Virus record (IMG/VR): IMGVR_UViG_3300046804_006785 | DNA length: 64,000 nucleotides | DNA from: a virus | Strand: one strand, 5' to 3' | Part shown: piece by piece, positions 38,616-48,045 of the stretch | Position numbering within the stretch: the first letter of the stretch is position 1 | Layout of the letters: each line of letters opens with the position of its first letter | Notes under the pieces: generated by a model | Database searches by the model: none | The model's input: only the letters and a program-made list of their open reading frames with translations | Told to the model about the DNA's origin: nothing | Translations under genes and position numbers: made by a program

Positions 38616-39134
38616 ATGACAGTTCTAACATTCGGAAAATATAAAGGATCTGACCTATCTGAAGTCCCCAAAGATTATCTAGAATGGGGTGTTAGCAAAC
38701 TAGACTCTTCTAAGTGGCGCAAAGAGTTTCAAAATGAGCTAGACCGTCGCAAAAATGAAACTCAACATCTGCTTAATACCGATCCTGATAAATTGTTTGG
38801 AAAGCTAGAAAGGGAAGCTTTACGCAGCATCCATCAAGAAATGGAAGGTCATGAACATGAGTATGATAGAGTAGATATATACACTGAAGCGGAAAACCGA
38901 GCTAATTCAAAATTAAAAGCTTTGCAAGCAGATAAAGCATTGAAAGAATTAAAAATTCAATATGCTGGCTTATTAGGGATTGATTTAAAAATGATGGACA
39001 AGATGGAGCAGACTTATCATTGTGAACAGTTAGGTCGCAGTAATTTTCAGACTGAAAGTAAGTATAAGCTGGCTATGGAGTATTTTAAAAAGAAAGACGC
39101 GCTGTTGGAGGTTGCCATTACTCTTTATTTTTAA
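38616..39134 (+). CDS. Protein with N-terminal DUF3820-like motif
   Basis: LTFGKYKGSDLSEVPKDYLEW. Confidence 0.7.
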   Translation: MTVLTFGKYKGSDLSEVPKDYLEWGVSKLDSSKWRKEFQNELDRRKNETQHLLNTDPDKLFGKLEREALRSIHQEMEGHEHEYDRVDIYTEAENRANSKLKALQADKALKELKIQYAGLLGIDLKMMDKMEQTYHCEQLGRSNFQTESKYKLAMEYFKKKDALLEVAITLYF

Positions 39135-39298
39135 AACGTGGACTAGGTTTAAGCAGACAAGCCACTTAAACACACGGTATGAAACCGACGTTTATCCACT
39201 TGTGTATTCTATCCTATTTTAGAGTCTTAATAGTATAATATTACTATTGAGACTTTTTTATGTTTTAATATAAAATACTATATAGGAGATAACATAAA

Positions 39299-39853
39299 AT
39301 GAGATGGGATAAATTACCTAAACCCTGGACTAAAGAGCAATGCCGTCGTCGGTATGTTGAAAGTGAAGAGCCTATAGGCATTAGAGACTTAGCTAATGCG
39401 TGTGGATATAATAAAGCAACTGTTGAGGTTTGGGTACGTCAAGACCTTTGGGTTGAGCAGCGAAAACGATATCAAGAGGATTTAAAAAAAGCTGTTCAGC
39501 AAAAGACCATAGAAAAAACATCTGACAAGATATCAGATGAGTTATCACAGATCGTCACTGAGAATTATCAAGTTCAACGACTAGCTAGAAACTATGTTGC
39601 CAAATTAATTGAGGCACGGGCAAAGCAACTAGAAGAGGATCTACAGTTACCTGTTGAGGAAAGGAAAAAAGCAGTTTCTAAACATAACGCATCTGAAATA
39701 AATCAATTGACACAAGCGTTAACAAAACTGACTAACGCCATTAATGAAGGTAGAGGGATTAGATACTTCATTGATATGAACGCTGCGGCTGATAAACTCA
39801 CAAGAGAAGGTTATGAGATTATAGATCCCAAGTCTGTTAGTAATGATGAGTAA
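39299..39853 (+). CDS. Probable terminase small subunit (N-terminal HTH)
   Basis: RRRYVE...IRDLANACG...TVEVWVRQDLW..QR HTH plus coiled coil; upstream of ParB-MTase and TerL. Confidence 0.55.
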   Translation: MRWDKLPKPWTKEQCRRRYVESEEPIGIRDLANACGYNKATVEVWVRQDLWVEQRKRYQEDLKKAVQQKTIEKTSDKISDELSQIVTENYQVQRLARNYVAKLIEARAKQLEEDLQLPVEERKKAVSKHNASEINQLTQALTKLTNAINEGRGIRYFIDMNAAADKLTREGYEIIDPKSVSNDE

Positions 39854-39910
39854 AAAAGTCTTTGTGTATCAACTATGTTACAGTAAAACAAGTCTAGCAA
39901 TGTAAACAAT

Positions 39911-41602
39911 ATGCCTAAGCAACAACCAGGTTGGGTAAAGTCCACAACTACAAAGAATCAATTAACAGTTACATGGCGAGATCCCAAGGAACTTATCATG
40001 TATGCTAAGAACAGTAAACTACACCCGCCAGAACAAATACAACAAATTGCCAATTCTATTACTGAGTTTGGATTCTTAGATCCTATTGCCATAGATGAGA
40101 ATGGTGAAATATTAGAAGGTCATGGGAGATACTTAGCTGCGGTTGATATCTTAAATCTCAAATCTGTTCCTACATTTCAGGTATTAGGACTAACTGAAGA
40201 ACAAAAGATAGCTTATCGTGTAGCACATAATAAGCTAACAATGAATACAGACTTTGATCCTGATTTGTTAAAGATAGACATGGACTTTCTAAATGAAATG
40301 TCCTTTGATCTGACATTAACAGGGTTTGATAGTGGGGATTTGAGTAGCTATTTATCGTTAGAAAATACAGAATATGAAAAACCTGAAAAGCAAGAAAATA
40401 CTATAATTGATGATGCTACAGATAAAGAGAATACAGAAGAATTATTAGAAGAAGTTGTAGAAAATAAGATTGTTTCGCGTGTAAAGTTGGGTGAGATTTG
40501 GCAACTGGGACGACATTTTATATGTTGTGGTGATTCTACTATTGAAAGTAATGTTAAGGCTTTATTGGGTGACAACTTAGCAGTTTTAGTTCATGCAGAT
40601 CCGCCTTATGGCATGGGTAAAGAAAAAGATGGCGTAATGAATGACAACTTATACGGAGATAAGTTAGATAACTTTCAAATGCTATGGATTAAAGCTTGCC
40701 GGAAAAAAGTAGAAGATAACGGTAGCTTTTATATTTGGGGAAACGCTGAAGACCTGTGGCGTTTATGGTATTCAGGTGGGTTAAAAAATAGCGAACGGTT
40801 AACTTTTAGGAATCAGATTATATGGGATAAAAAACACGGACAAGGGATGCTTTCAGAAGATTTTAGGATGTATCCAACAGTAACAGAACATTGTTTGTTT
40901 TTTATGCTTGGTGAGCAGGGTTTTAGAAATAATGCTGATAATTATTGGGACGGGTGGGAGTCTATTAGAGTTTATTTATATTCTGAGTGTGAAAAAGCAA
41001 AAATCAAGTCAAAGCTATTTCATCAGATATTAGGAGTGGTATCTACTGGCGGCGGAATGTATTCGCATCATATATCTGCTACAGGCAGTCAGTGGATGTT
41101 TATAACAGAAGAAAATTATATAAAACTTCAATCCTACTGCCAACAAAATAAAATAAATGCCTTCAAGCGGGAATATGATGACCTAAAACGGGAATATGAT
41201 GACCTAAAACGGGAATGGTACGCCACTCGCGCATACTTTAACAACACTCATGACAACATGACAGACGTATGGGAATATCCCAGGGTCAAAGGTGAAGAAA
41301 GATGGGGTCACGCTACACCTAAACCCGTAGATATGATTGAACGGATTTATAAAAGCAGTTCACCTGACAACGCGGTTATTTATTCTCCATTTCTTGGGTC
41401 TGGTACTGATGTTATAGCAGCGCAAAAGATGGAGGGCGATCGCACAGTATACGGATTTGAACTCAGTTCAGACTACTGTGAAGTAATCATACAACGGTTT
41501 GAAAAGTTAACAGGTATTGAAGCAAAGCTAGTAGGTAAACTTCCCACAGCACCAAAGGATGACACAAAATCAAATGATAGTTTAGACTCACTAGGTTTCT
41601 AA
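39911..41602 (+). CDS. ParB-like N-terminal domain fused to N6/N4 DNA methyltransferase
   Basis: IANSITEFGF.DPI...ILEGHGR (ParB); DPPY, HATPKP, PFLGSGT (beta-class MTase); 21-bp tandem repeat KREYDDL at 41165-41216. Confidence 0.9.
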   Translation: MPKQQPGWVKSTTTKNQLTVTWRDPKELIMYAKNSKLHPPEQIQQIANSITEFGFLDPIAIDENGEILEGHGRYLAAVDILNLKSVPTFQVLGLTEEQKIAYRVAHNKLTMNTDFDPDLLKIDMDFLNEMSFDLTLTGFDSGDLSSYLSLENTEYEKPEKQENTIIDDATDKENTEELLEEVVENKIVSRVKLGEIWQLGRHFICCGDSTIESNVKALLGDNLAVLVHADPPYGMGKEKDGVMNDNLYGDKLDNFQMLWIKACRKKVEDNGSFYIWGNAEDLWRLWYSGGLKNSERLTFRNQIIWDKKHGQGMLSEDFRMYPTVTEHCLFFMLGEQGFRNNADNYWDGWESIRVYLYSECEKAKIKSKLFHQILGVVSTGGGMYSHHISATGSQWMFITEENYIKLQSYCQQNKINAFKREYDDLKREYDDLKREWYATRAYFNNTHDNMTDVWEYPRVKGEERWGHATPKPVDMIERIYKSSSPDNAVIYSPFLGSGTDVIAAQKMEGDRTVYGFELSSDYCEVIIQRFEKLTGIEAKLVGKLPTAPKDDTKSNDSLDSLGF

Positions 41603-41660
41603 AACAAAACAACCGCTTAAACATTACTCTAAGCGGTTGTTATTATATTTATATACTTTC

Positions 41661-41936
41661 TTACTCATCATTTACATCTGCATTTTCTTGGTAATACATC
41701 TCCAGTTCCAATTTATTGATCAATACTTTTATAGATTCAATATCAATACTAGCTATTCCTACCTCGTTCATAGCCCCTATGGACTCTGTAAAGATAGATA
41801 ACCCTGACATCAGTTCTGAGATATTCTTAGCGTCTTTAGACCTTCCAGACTGCTTATAGATATCCTGGGCTTGACTGATAAACGCTACCTGTTGGACTAG
41901 GATAACTTGCATATAATCATCTAAAGTTTTAGTCAT
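41661..41936 (-). CDS. Hypothetical protein
   Basis: Likely start MTKTLDDY at 41936; hairpin terminators on both sides. Confidence 0.55.
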   Translation of the reverse strand: MTKTLDDYMQVILVQQVAFISQAQDIYKQSGRSKDAKNISELMSGLSIFTESIGAMNEVGIASIDIESIKVLINKLELEMYYQENADVNDE

Positions 41937-42060
41937 ATATTTAGTCCTATAGCATTTAACACCACTATAGCATATTATGAATACTAAGTATTTGTGATAT
42001 GGATACAAAAAACCGCCTAAGCTTGAGCTTAAGCGGTTATTTTTTTATTAAGTTATATTA

Positions 42061-42312
42061 TTAGGAAACTACAAACTTTCTTGGTGGTCTTTTTAGAGTA
42101 ACCATCTCTGACCTGTAATTGTTTATTAAAGGTTTCCAATTTATTGGAGTTATTGCATCTTTAGCTACTTTTGAACGTCTTGAAAAATCTACATAATCTG
42201 TTCTTAGTTGATCGGCTGCAAATCTTACGAGACTTTCTGAATCCCAAGATTCGACTCTAGTAATATCTATTGTAATCTTTTGGCTGTCTGTTGTTTTAAA
42301 AGTGATATACAT
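42061..42312 (-). CDS. Small hypothetical protein (family C cassette)
   Basis: AAGGAG RBS; promoter TTGACT-17-TATATT at 42342-42370. Confidence 0.7.
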   Translation of the reverse strand: MYITFKTTDSQKITIDITRVESWDSESLVRFAADQLRTDYVDFSRRSKVAKDAITPINWKPLINNYRSEMVTLKRPPRKFVVS

Positions 42313-42482
42313 TGTTTTTTTGCTCCTTTGCTTATGTCATAAATATAGTCTATCCACAAATAAAAGTCAATACTTAATTTAAAATATTTTATGCGTCACT
42401 TCCTATACCCGTATGATTGACAGAGAAAATTGGATAGACTATATAATATAGTGATAAACAAGATGACTAGGAGATTTTCACT

Positions 42483-42656
42483 ATGGCTTATGATCCTGAA
42501 GCCCAAGCCAAATACAACGCCACCGAAAAGGGTAAAGCCCGTAAGCGTAAGTGGCAACAGAATATGACTGAAGAGCAAAAGGCAAAAAAACGACTTGCCA
42601 ATAGGGAACACATGAGGCGTAAACGCGCTGAAGCTAAAGAACAAGAACAAGAATAA
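42483..42656 (+). CDS. Small basic helical protein (57 aa, not in ORF track), possible DNA-binding regulator
   Basis: MAYDPEAQAKYNATEKGKARKRKWQQ...RRKRAEAKEQEQE*; AGGAG RBS, TTGACA promoter at 42417, terminator 42661-42688. Confidence 0.75.
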   Translation: MAYDPEAQAKYNATEKGKARKRKWQQNMTEEQKAKKRLANREHMRRKRAEAKEQEQE

Positions 42657-42726
42657 AGCTAAAACCCTTGTAACTCAAGGGTTTTTTTATTTTAAGAAAA
42701 TATTTTAAATTATTTTAGAAAAACAG

Positions 42727-42755
42727 TTGACTTTTATTTGTGGATAGACTATAGT
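42727..42755 (+). promoter_or_regulatory. Sigma70 promoter, family C (GGATAGACTATA core)
   Basis: TTGACT-17-TATAGT; related copies at 42342-42370 (minus), 42417-42447, 43284-43312. Confidence 0.8.
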
Positions 42756-42799
42756 AATTACATAAGGATAAAACAACAAAGCAACGGAGAATAAAACAG

Positions 42800-43213
42800 A
42801 TGGCTACTAAATTAAATGAAGTTAACCACCAAAAAGAAATTAGCAAGGCAATAAAAATTATAGAAAGTTACGAAAAGCAGGCACAAGGTGATGATGTTGT
42901 AAAAAGTTTTGAAGGAACTATCCCCTGGTATGAAAGACAAGCCTTAGATTACTTTTTTGATCACTGTAAATATGACAACGGGGTCTGGAAAGCAAACTTT
43001 AGAACCGGGTCTTATATATCAAACCAAAACCGGGTTCAAATAAGCTTTTTTATCAGCGATAAGAGAGTAGTAGAAGATTTAATGACGGAAGCTGGTTTTT
43101 TACCAGCAGAAATCGCTGCCATAATTGAACAATTTAAGGATAAGGACAACCTGAAGCCCCTTGGGGTTTTGTTGGAAAACAAGATGTTCACGCCGGACAG
43201 CATTGTTTTTTAA
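42800..43213 (+). CDS. Hypothetical protein (family C cassette)
   Basis: GGAG RBS, promoter, and terminator 43219-43246. Confidence 0.75.
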   Translation: MATKLNEVNHQKEISKAIKIIESYEKQAQGDDVVKSFEGTIPWYERQALDYFFDHCKYDNGVWKANFRTGSYISNQNRVQISFFISDKRVVEDLMTEAGFLPAEIAAIIEQFKDKDNLKPLGVLLENKMFTPDSIVF

Positions 43214-43357
43214 GCCTGAAACCCTGATTAATTCAGGGTTTTTTTTACTTTAAAAAATATTTTAAATTATTTTGAAAAACCTATTGACAAATTAGTGGAT
43301 AGACTATATAGTAATTACATAAGGTTAAAACAACAAAGCGACGGAGAGTAAAAACAG

Positions 43358-43486
43358 ATGGATAACTATATAATTCATAAGACCTACATGGGATATGTAG
43401 CAGAAAGCAAAGATTTCAATAACTATCATCTTTTAATGGCAAAGACTCTAGAAGGTCAGGCAAGAATGTCACCATTGCAAAAATGA
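43358..43486 (+). CDS. Small ORF (42 aa, not in ORF track), possibly a truncated cassette gene
   Basis: Follows a near-exact copy of the promoter and leader of 42800..43213. Confidence 0.45.
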   Translation: MDNYIIHKTYMGYVAESKDFNNYHLLMAKTLEGQARMSPLQK

Positions 43487-43537
43487 TTTAGAAAATATTT
43501 TATATACTAAAATAAAACCAGTATTTTAATCTCTAAA

Positions 43538-45025
43538 ATGACCTTATCCTTTGGCAAGCTTAACCCTAAGAATATAAAAAAAATTAAAAAAGCCACTATA
43601 GATAATCAGATGGTAGACACATCTGATTTTGAGGTCAATCTTCCTGCACCGTCACCTGGAGCGCAGGAAATGTTCTATAACACGCCCGCTGATGTGTGCA
43701 TATATGGTGGAGCCGCAGGCAGTGGCAAGAGTTTTTCAATGCTCTTAAAAGCGTCTAAATTCTTAAAAGTGCCAGGTTACGGTTCTGTTATTCTAAGACG
43801 GACTCGACCTGAGATAACTAACGAAGGCGGGTTATGGGATGAATCAAGAAATTTATATAAACTAATACCAAAAGCCCAAGCTAGGGAATATCAACTAGAC
43901 TGGGTTTTTCCTACTGGTAGTGCTATTAGTTTTGGACACGCTCAATATGAAAAAGATGTTGAGGATAAATATCCAGGTTCACAGATATGTCATCTTGGCT
44001 TTGACGAGTTAACAAAATTTACAGAGCGTCAATTCTGGTTTTTGTTCTCACGGAATAGATCAACCTGTGGCGTTAGACCTCGTATTGATGCAACCTGTAA
44101 CCCTGATGCCGATTCATGGGTAGCAAAGTTAGTAGCTTGGTACATTGATCAAGATACTGGCTACCCTATCGAAGAAAGATCGGGAGTCTTGAGGTATTTT
44201 TACCGGATCAATGGTGAGATTCATTGGGGTGATACAGAACAGGAATTAATGGATCAATTTCCAGACTTGGCGGCGATCGCACCACCTAAAAGTTTTACTT
44301 TTATCAAGGGGACTGTATATGATAACCCGCATCTATTAGAATCTAATCCTCAATATCTGCAAAACCTTTTATCGTTGCATCCTGTAGAAATGGAGCGACT
44401 ATTAAAAGGTAACTGGAAAATTAAATATGAAGCGGGAACTATATTTAATCGCCATTGGTTTGAAGTGGTTAACTCTGTTCCGGCTGGTGGACAAACTGTG
44501 GCTTTTTGGGACTTTGCCGCTACGTCGTCGGCTACAGCGTCAAAAAGTAGTTTCTACAGTGTACGGACTAAAATCAAGCTATACCAAGGCATCTATTATG
44601 TTCTTGATTGTTTTTGGGAACAGGTATCAGCGGATGACGGAGATAATTCAGTTTGGAAAATTGCCCAGCAAGATGGAACTGCTTGTAAGGTGCGCTGGGA
44701 ATTAGAAGGTGGTAGTGCTGGCAAACGTTACGAGTCATCGCTCAAACGTCAGTTAGTAGGTTTTGACGCTAGGGGTGTTAAGCCGTTAGGTGATAAGGTT
44801 ACACGCGCTATGCCTTTAGCTATTGCTGCTAAAGATGGAAAGGTGAAACTATTTAGAGGCGCGTGGAACGATCAATTTTTAGCGGCGTTACATGAATTTG
44901 ATGGTAGCAAAAAACCCCTAACTAACGATATTGTAGATAGTGCCGATGGTGCTTTTGGTGAGTTACAAGAATCTACTCCGCGTAGTAGTTTTGTTGGTGG
45001 TAAGATTCATAATCCATTTAGTTAA
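43538..45025 (+). CDS. terL: Terminase large subunit
   Basis: GGAAGSGKS, LRRT, FDELT, ATCNP, DNPHL, WDFAA, DIVDSADGA. Confidence 0.95.
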   Translation: MTLSFGKLNPKNIKKIKKATIDNQMVDTSDFEVNLPAPSPGAQEMFYNTPADVCIYGGAAGSGKSFSMLLKASKFLKVPGYGSVILRRTRPEITNEGGLWDESRNLYKLIPKAQAREYQLDWVFPTGSAISFGHAQYEKDVEDKYPGSQICHLGFDELTKFTERQFWFLFSRNRSTCGVRPRIDATCNPDADSWVAKLVAWYIDQDTGYPIEERSGVLRYFYRINGEIHWGDTEQELMDQFPDLAAIAPPKSFTFIKGTVYDNPHLLESNPQYLQNLLSLHPVEMERLLKGNWKIKYEAGTIFNRHWFEVVNSVPAGGQTVAFWDFAATSSATASKSSFYSVRTKIKLYQGIYYVLDCFWEQVSADDGDNSVWKIAQQDGTACKVRWELEGGSAGKRYESSLKRQLVGFDARGVKPLGDKVTRAMPLAIAAKDGKVKLFRGAWNDQFLAALHEFDGSKKPLTNDIVDSADGAFGELQESTPRSSFVGGKIHNPFS

Positions 45026-45030
45026 ACTTG

Positions 45031-46434
45031 TTAAAGTTTATTATCATAGGCTGAATGTGTCCTTCCCATTGGCAGATTTGGTGATATAGCAGATCCGTAA
45101 AGTCGGGCTGTTGTTGAATTGTGAGGGACTGTAAATACGCGCCTATCTGCAATCAAAATACCACCAGCAAAAGCACCACTACCAGGATAAGTGACACTAG
45201 GTGTAGTAGTTGCATCTGACATAGAGCCATATATTCTTGCTGTAGTAGAGTTGAAAGGAATAAGAAACACTTGTCCATCTGGTAATAACACGCCACTTGC
45301 AAAAGCACCATTACCAGGATATGTAGAGTTAGATGTGATTAGTGTATTAATTGATGGATCGTATATCATCGCGCTTGTAGCATTGAACGGTACACAGAAT
45401 ACTCGACCATCTGGTAATAATACACCACCAATAAAAGCGTTATTGCCTGGATAAGTACCCGTAGGGGTAATTACTGTATTTGCTAAAGGATCATAAATTC
45501 TTGCTGTAGTAGAGTTGTGTGGTACACAGAATACCCTTCCATCTAGCATCAATACACCACCAGCAAAAGCAGCGTTTCCTGGATAAGTACCATTAGGTGT
45601 AATTAATGTGTTAGCCGTTGGATCGTATATTCTTGCTGTAGTGGATCTAAATGGTACACAGAAAACTCTACCATCTGGCAGCAACACACCACCATAGAAA
45701 GATTGACCACCTGGATAAGTGCCGTTAGGTGTAGTTAATGTGTCAGTAGAGGCGTTGTATATTCTAGCTGTAGTAGAGTTGAAAGGAATAAGAAATACCC
45801 GACCATCAGGCAACAAAACACCACCAGAAAAAGCATCATTCCCAGGATAAGTACCGCTAGGAGTGGTCAGCGTGTTAGTAGATGGGTTAAATATTCTAGC
45901 TGTTGTTGATTTAAACGGAATACAAAATACTCTATTGTCTGATAACAATACACCACCATAGAAAGCGTTACTGCCAGGGTAAGTACCATTAGGTGTAGTT
46001 AATGTATCAGTTATAGCACCGTAATTGAATTGCCGAACATCAATAAATTTAGCAGTTGGTGCTAGTGGGAAGTAGCGGAAGTCTAAAGTATCATCTTCTG
46101 TAAAACTAGGCCGGAAAACTTGAACTAAACTTAGGTCTAATGTGAATACTTCTATATTCTGACAAGTCCATTTAAAAGACTCACAGCAATATAATGCACC
46201 GTTAAAAATTATGGGTTGTCCTAAGTTAGTGGTAAGAAAATTATCTATCTCTATGTATTCTGTAAACTTAGTCACTACTAATGATAGTGCCTGTGTTTTG
46301 GCAACTTGGTTAATTTGGTTTCTGTTGCCTTTCTCATCTACACCACCATAGTAATTTTGAGTTAGATATGAAGATTCAAAGCTGAGAGCATTTTCCCAGC
46401 TTAGTTTAAGGGAATTAGGGGCAGTAGCAAACAT
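45031..46434 (-). CDS. Minor tail-like N-terminal domain fused to about seven 43-aa Kelch-like repeats (putative beta-propeller receptor-binding protein)
   Basis: Repeat unit TTARIY.P...TL.TP.GTYPG..AF.GGVLLPDGRVFC.PFNS (129-bp DNA period). Confidence 0.65.
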   Translation of the reverse strand: MFATAPNSLKLSWENALSFESSYLTQNYYGGVDEKGNRNQINQVAKTQALSLVVTKFTEYIEIDNFLTTNLGQPIIFNGALYCCESFKWTCQNIEVFTLDLSLVQVFRPSFTEDDTLDFRYFPLAPTAKFIDVRQFNYGAITDTLTTPNGTYPGSNAFYGGVLLSDNRVFCIPFKSTTARIFNPSTNTLTTPSGTYPGNDAFSGGVLLPDGRVFLIPFNSTTARIYNASTDTLTTPNGTYPGGQSFYGGVLLPDGRVFCVPFRSTTARIYDPTANTLITPNGTYPGNAAFAGGVLMLDGRVFCVPHNSTTARIYDPLANTVITPTGTYPGNNAFIGGVLLPDGRVFCVPFNATSAMIYDPSINTLITSNSTYPGNGAFASGVLLPDGQVFLIPFNSTTARIYGSMSDATTTPSVTYPGSGAFAGGILIADRRVFTVPHNSTTARLYGSAISPNLPMGRTHSAYDNKL

Positions 46435-46435
46435 A

Positions 46436-46699
46436 TTATTTAGGGAGAATTTGATTTATAGGTACATCTAATGCACGAGCGATCGCTTCAATTTCGCTAT
46501 AGGCAATTGATTGTCTTCTAGACTCGCGATGTTGAAATAAGTTTTCAATAGCAGATATGACTTCTACAGTTTTTCCTACTTTAGAGGCTAACTGTTTCCT
46601 AGACATATTTTTTTGTTCTCTACAGATAAAAATGTGTATTCCTATCTTTTCTTCTGCTGTGAGATTATCATAGACATTGGCATCAGCAATAATAGTCAT
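46436..46699 (-). CDS. XRE-family HTH regulator
   Basis: REQKNMSRKQLASKVGKTVEVISAIEN...IEAIARALDV. Confidence 0.85.
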   Translation of the reverse strand: MTIIADANVYDNLTAEEKIGIHIFICREQKNMSRKQLASKVGKTVEVISAIENLFQHRESRRQSIAYSEIEAIARALDVPINQILPK

Positions 46700-46837
46700 A
46701 TTTTAAATTGTAACTCCATTGATTATTATACATGAGTATTGGTGAAAATCGCGGTTATTAGTGGTTTTCACTAATACTGATACAAAGATATATATTATTG
46801 TTGCTAGTATGGTTGTAGTTATAAAAATTTTCACTTT

Positions 46838-48034
46838 ATGGCTACAAAAAATAAATCGTTATTAACTAAATTTTTATCTACAGATTTACAATTGAACCGT
46901 GAAGAAAGAACTGTTGGTTTTTCCTTTACTTCTAAAAGTAATATCTGTGAAAGATATAGTTACTCAGAACTTCCAGATGGCGCGAGCGTTATCTTTGATG
47001 AGTACCTATCCCATGATCCTGAAGCTTGGGATCTAACTAGAGTTACTAACAATGCCTGTCCTTTCCTTAAAAATCATGCTCGCGGTCAGAAAATCGGCAT
47101 TATTAAGAATGTATCTTTAGATGGTGAGAAAGGTACTTGCATAACAAAGTTATCTAAAAATGCTTTAGCCGATCAATTCATATCTGATATTGAAGATGGA
47201 ACTTGCGGCGGGATTAGCTTTGGCTACATGGTAGAAGAATACAAGGTTATTACACCTGCTGAATATTCTATTGATGATGATGGCTATAGAAAGCTAACTA
47301 AAAAAGCACTTTTAGAAGCCACAAAAATAGTTTTATTTGAAATTTCATCTGAAGACATACCCGCAGATCCAACTGTTGGCTATGGTAAATCTTTTGTTGA
47401 ATTAGACAATGTAACTATTGATGGAAACCCTAATTTTTATCCACAATTACAAGAAAAAACCATGAATCAACCTGATACTAAGTCTCTAGAGTTAGAGTTA
47501 GCCTCTACTAAGTCTGCATTATCAGAGGCTGATAATCTTAATGCTTCCCTAAAATCTAAACAGGAAGTTTTAATTAGTGAAAATAGCAACCTGCAAGCTA
47601 AACAACAAATCCTAGTTAGCGAAAATGGTAAGTTAGCTGAACAAGTTAAACAGTTTGAATGGCTCTTAGAACAAAAAGCTGAAATCATTTCTAATTTTGA
47701 GAAAAAAGAATTAGTAGCTAGTCGTTACTATGATTTACGTCAAAAAGCAGAAGATTTAGTATCTCAAGCTAAATTGTCCGGTAGTGAGTTCAATGAATTA
47801 TTCTCTACTGTTCCCAGTGAGGATATTGAGATTCATACTAAGTCTCAAACCGACAAACTTGGTTATATTGATTTTCACTTAAGTTTGATTGAAAAACGAG
47901 CTAAACCGCTAATCAATCTTGAACAATCTATTAAAGAACCAGTTTCTAATCCTGGACAAATTGATTTTAAACAGATTGAATCCCATGCAGCGGAACTGCT
48001 TAAAACTGTAAATCAATCACCTATCTTTATGTAA
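46838..48034 (+). CDS. Prohead protease with C-terminal scaffold coiled coil
   Basis: PFLKNH...KIG, GISFGYMV, FEISSEDIPADPTVG (HK97-type protease). Confidence 0.85.
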   Translation: MATKNKSLLTKFLSTDLQLNREERTVGFSFTSKSNICERYSYSELPDGASVIFDEYLSHDPEAWDLTRVTNNACPFLKNHARGQKIGIIKNVSLDGEKGTCITKLSKNALADQFISDIEDGTCGGISFGYMVEEYKVITPAEYSIDDDGYRKLTKKALLEATKIVLFEISSEDIPADPTVGYGKSFVELDNVTIDGNPNFYPQLQEKTMNQPDTKSLELELASTKSALSEADNLNASLKSKQEVLISENSNLQAKQQILVSENGKLAEQVKQFEWLLEQKAEIISNFEKKELVASRYYDLRQKAEDLVSQAKLSGSEFNELFSTVPSEDIEIHTKSQTDKLGYIDFHLSLIEKRAKPLINLEQSIKEPVSNPGQIDFKQIESHAAELLKTVNQSPIFM

Positions 48035-48045
48035 GGTTATAAAAA

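Noticed and set aside
41165-41216. 21-bp tandem repeat in the methyltransferase as a phase-variation tract
   Set aside because: Unit is a multiple of 3 and encodes a heptad coiled coil (KREYDDL), so copy changes keep the frame
42396-42650. Hydrophobic minus-strand ORF as a membrane protein
   Set aside because: Antisense to the 57-aa plus-strand gene that has a promoter, RBS and terminator
45060-46010. 129-bp periodic repeats as a CRISPR array or DGR template
   Set aside because: In-frame coding repeats without unique spacers; no reverse transcriptase in the window
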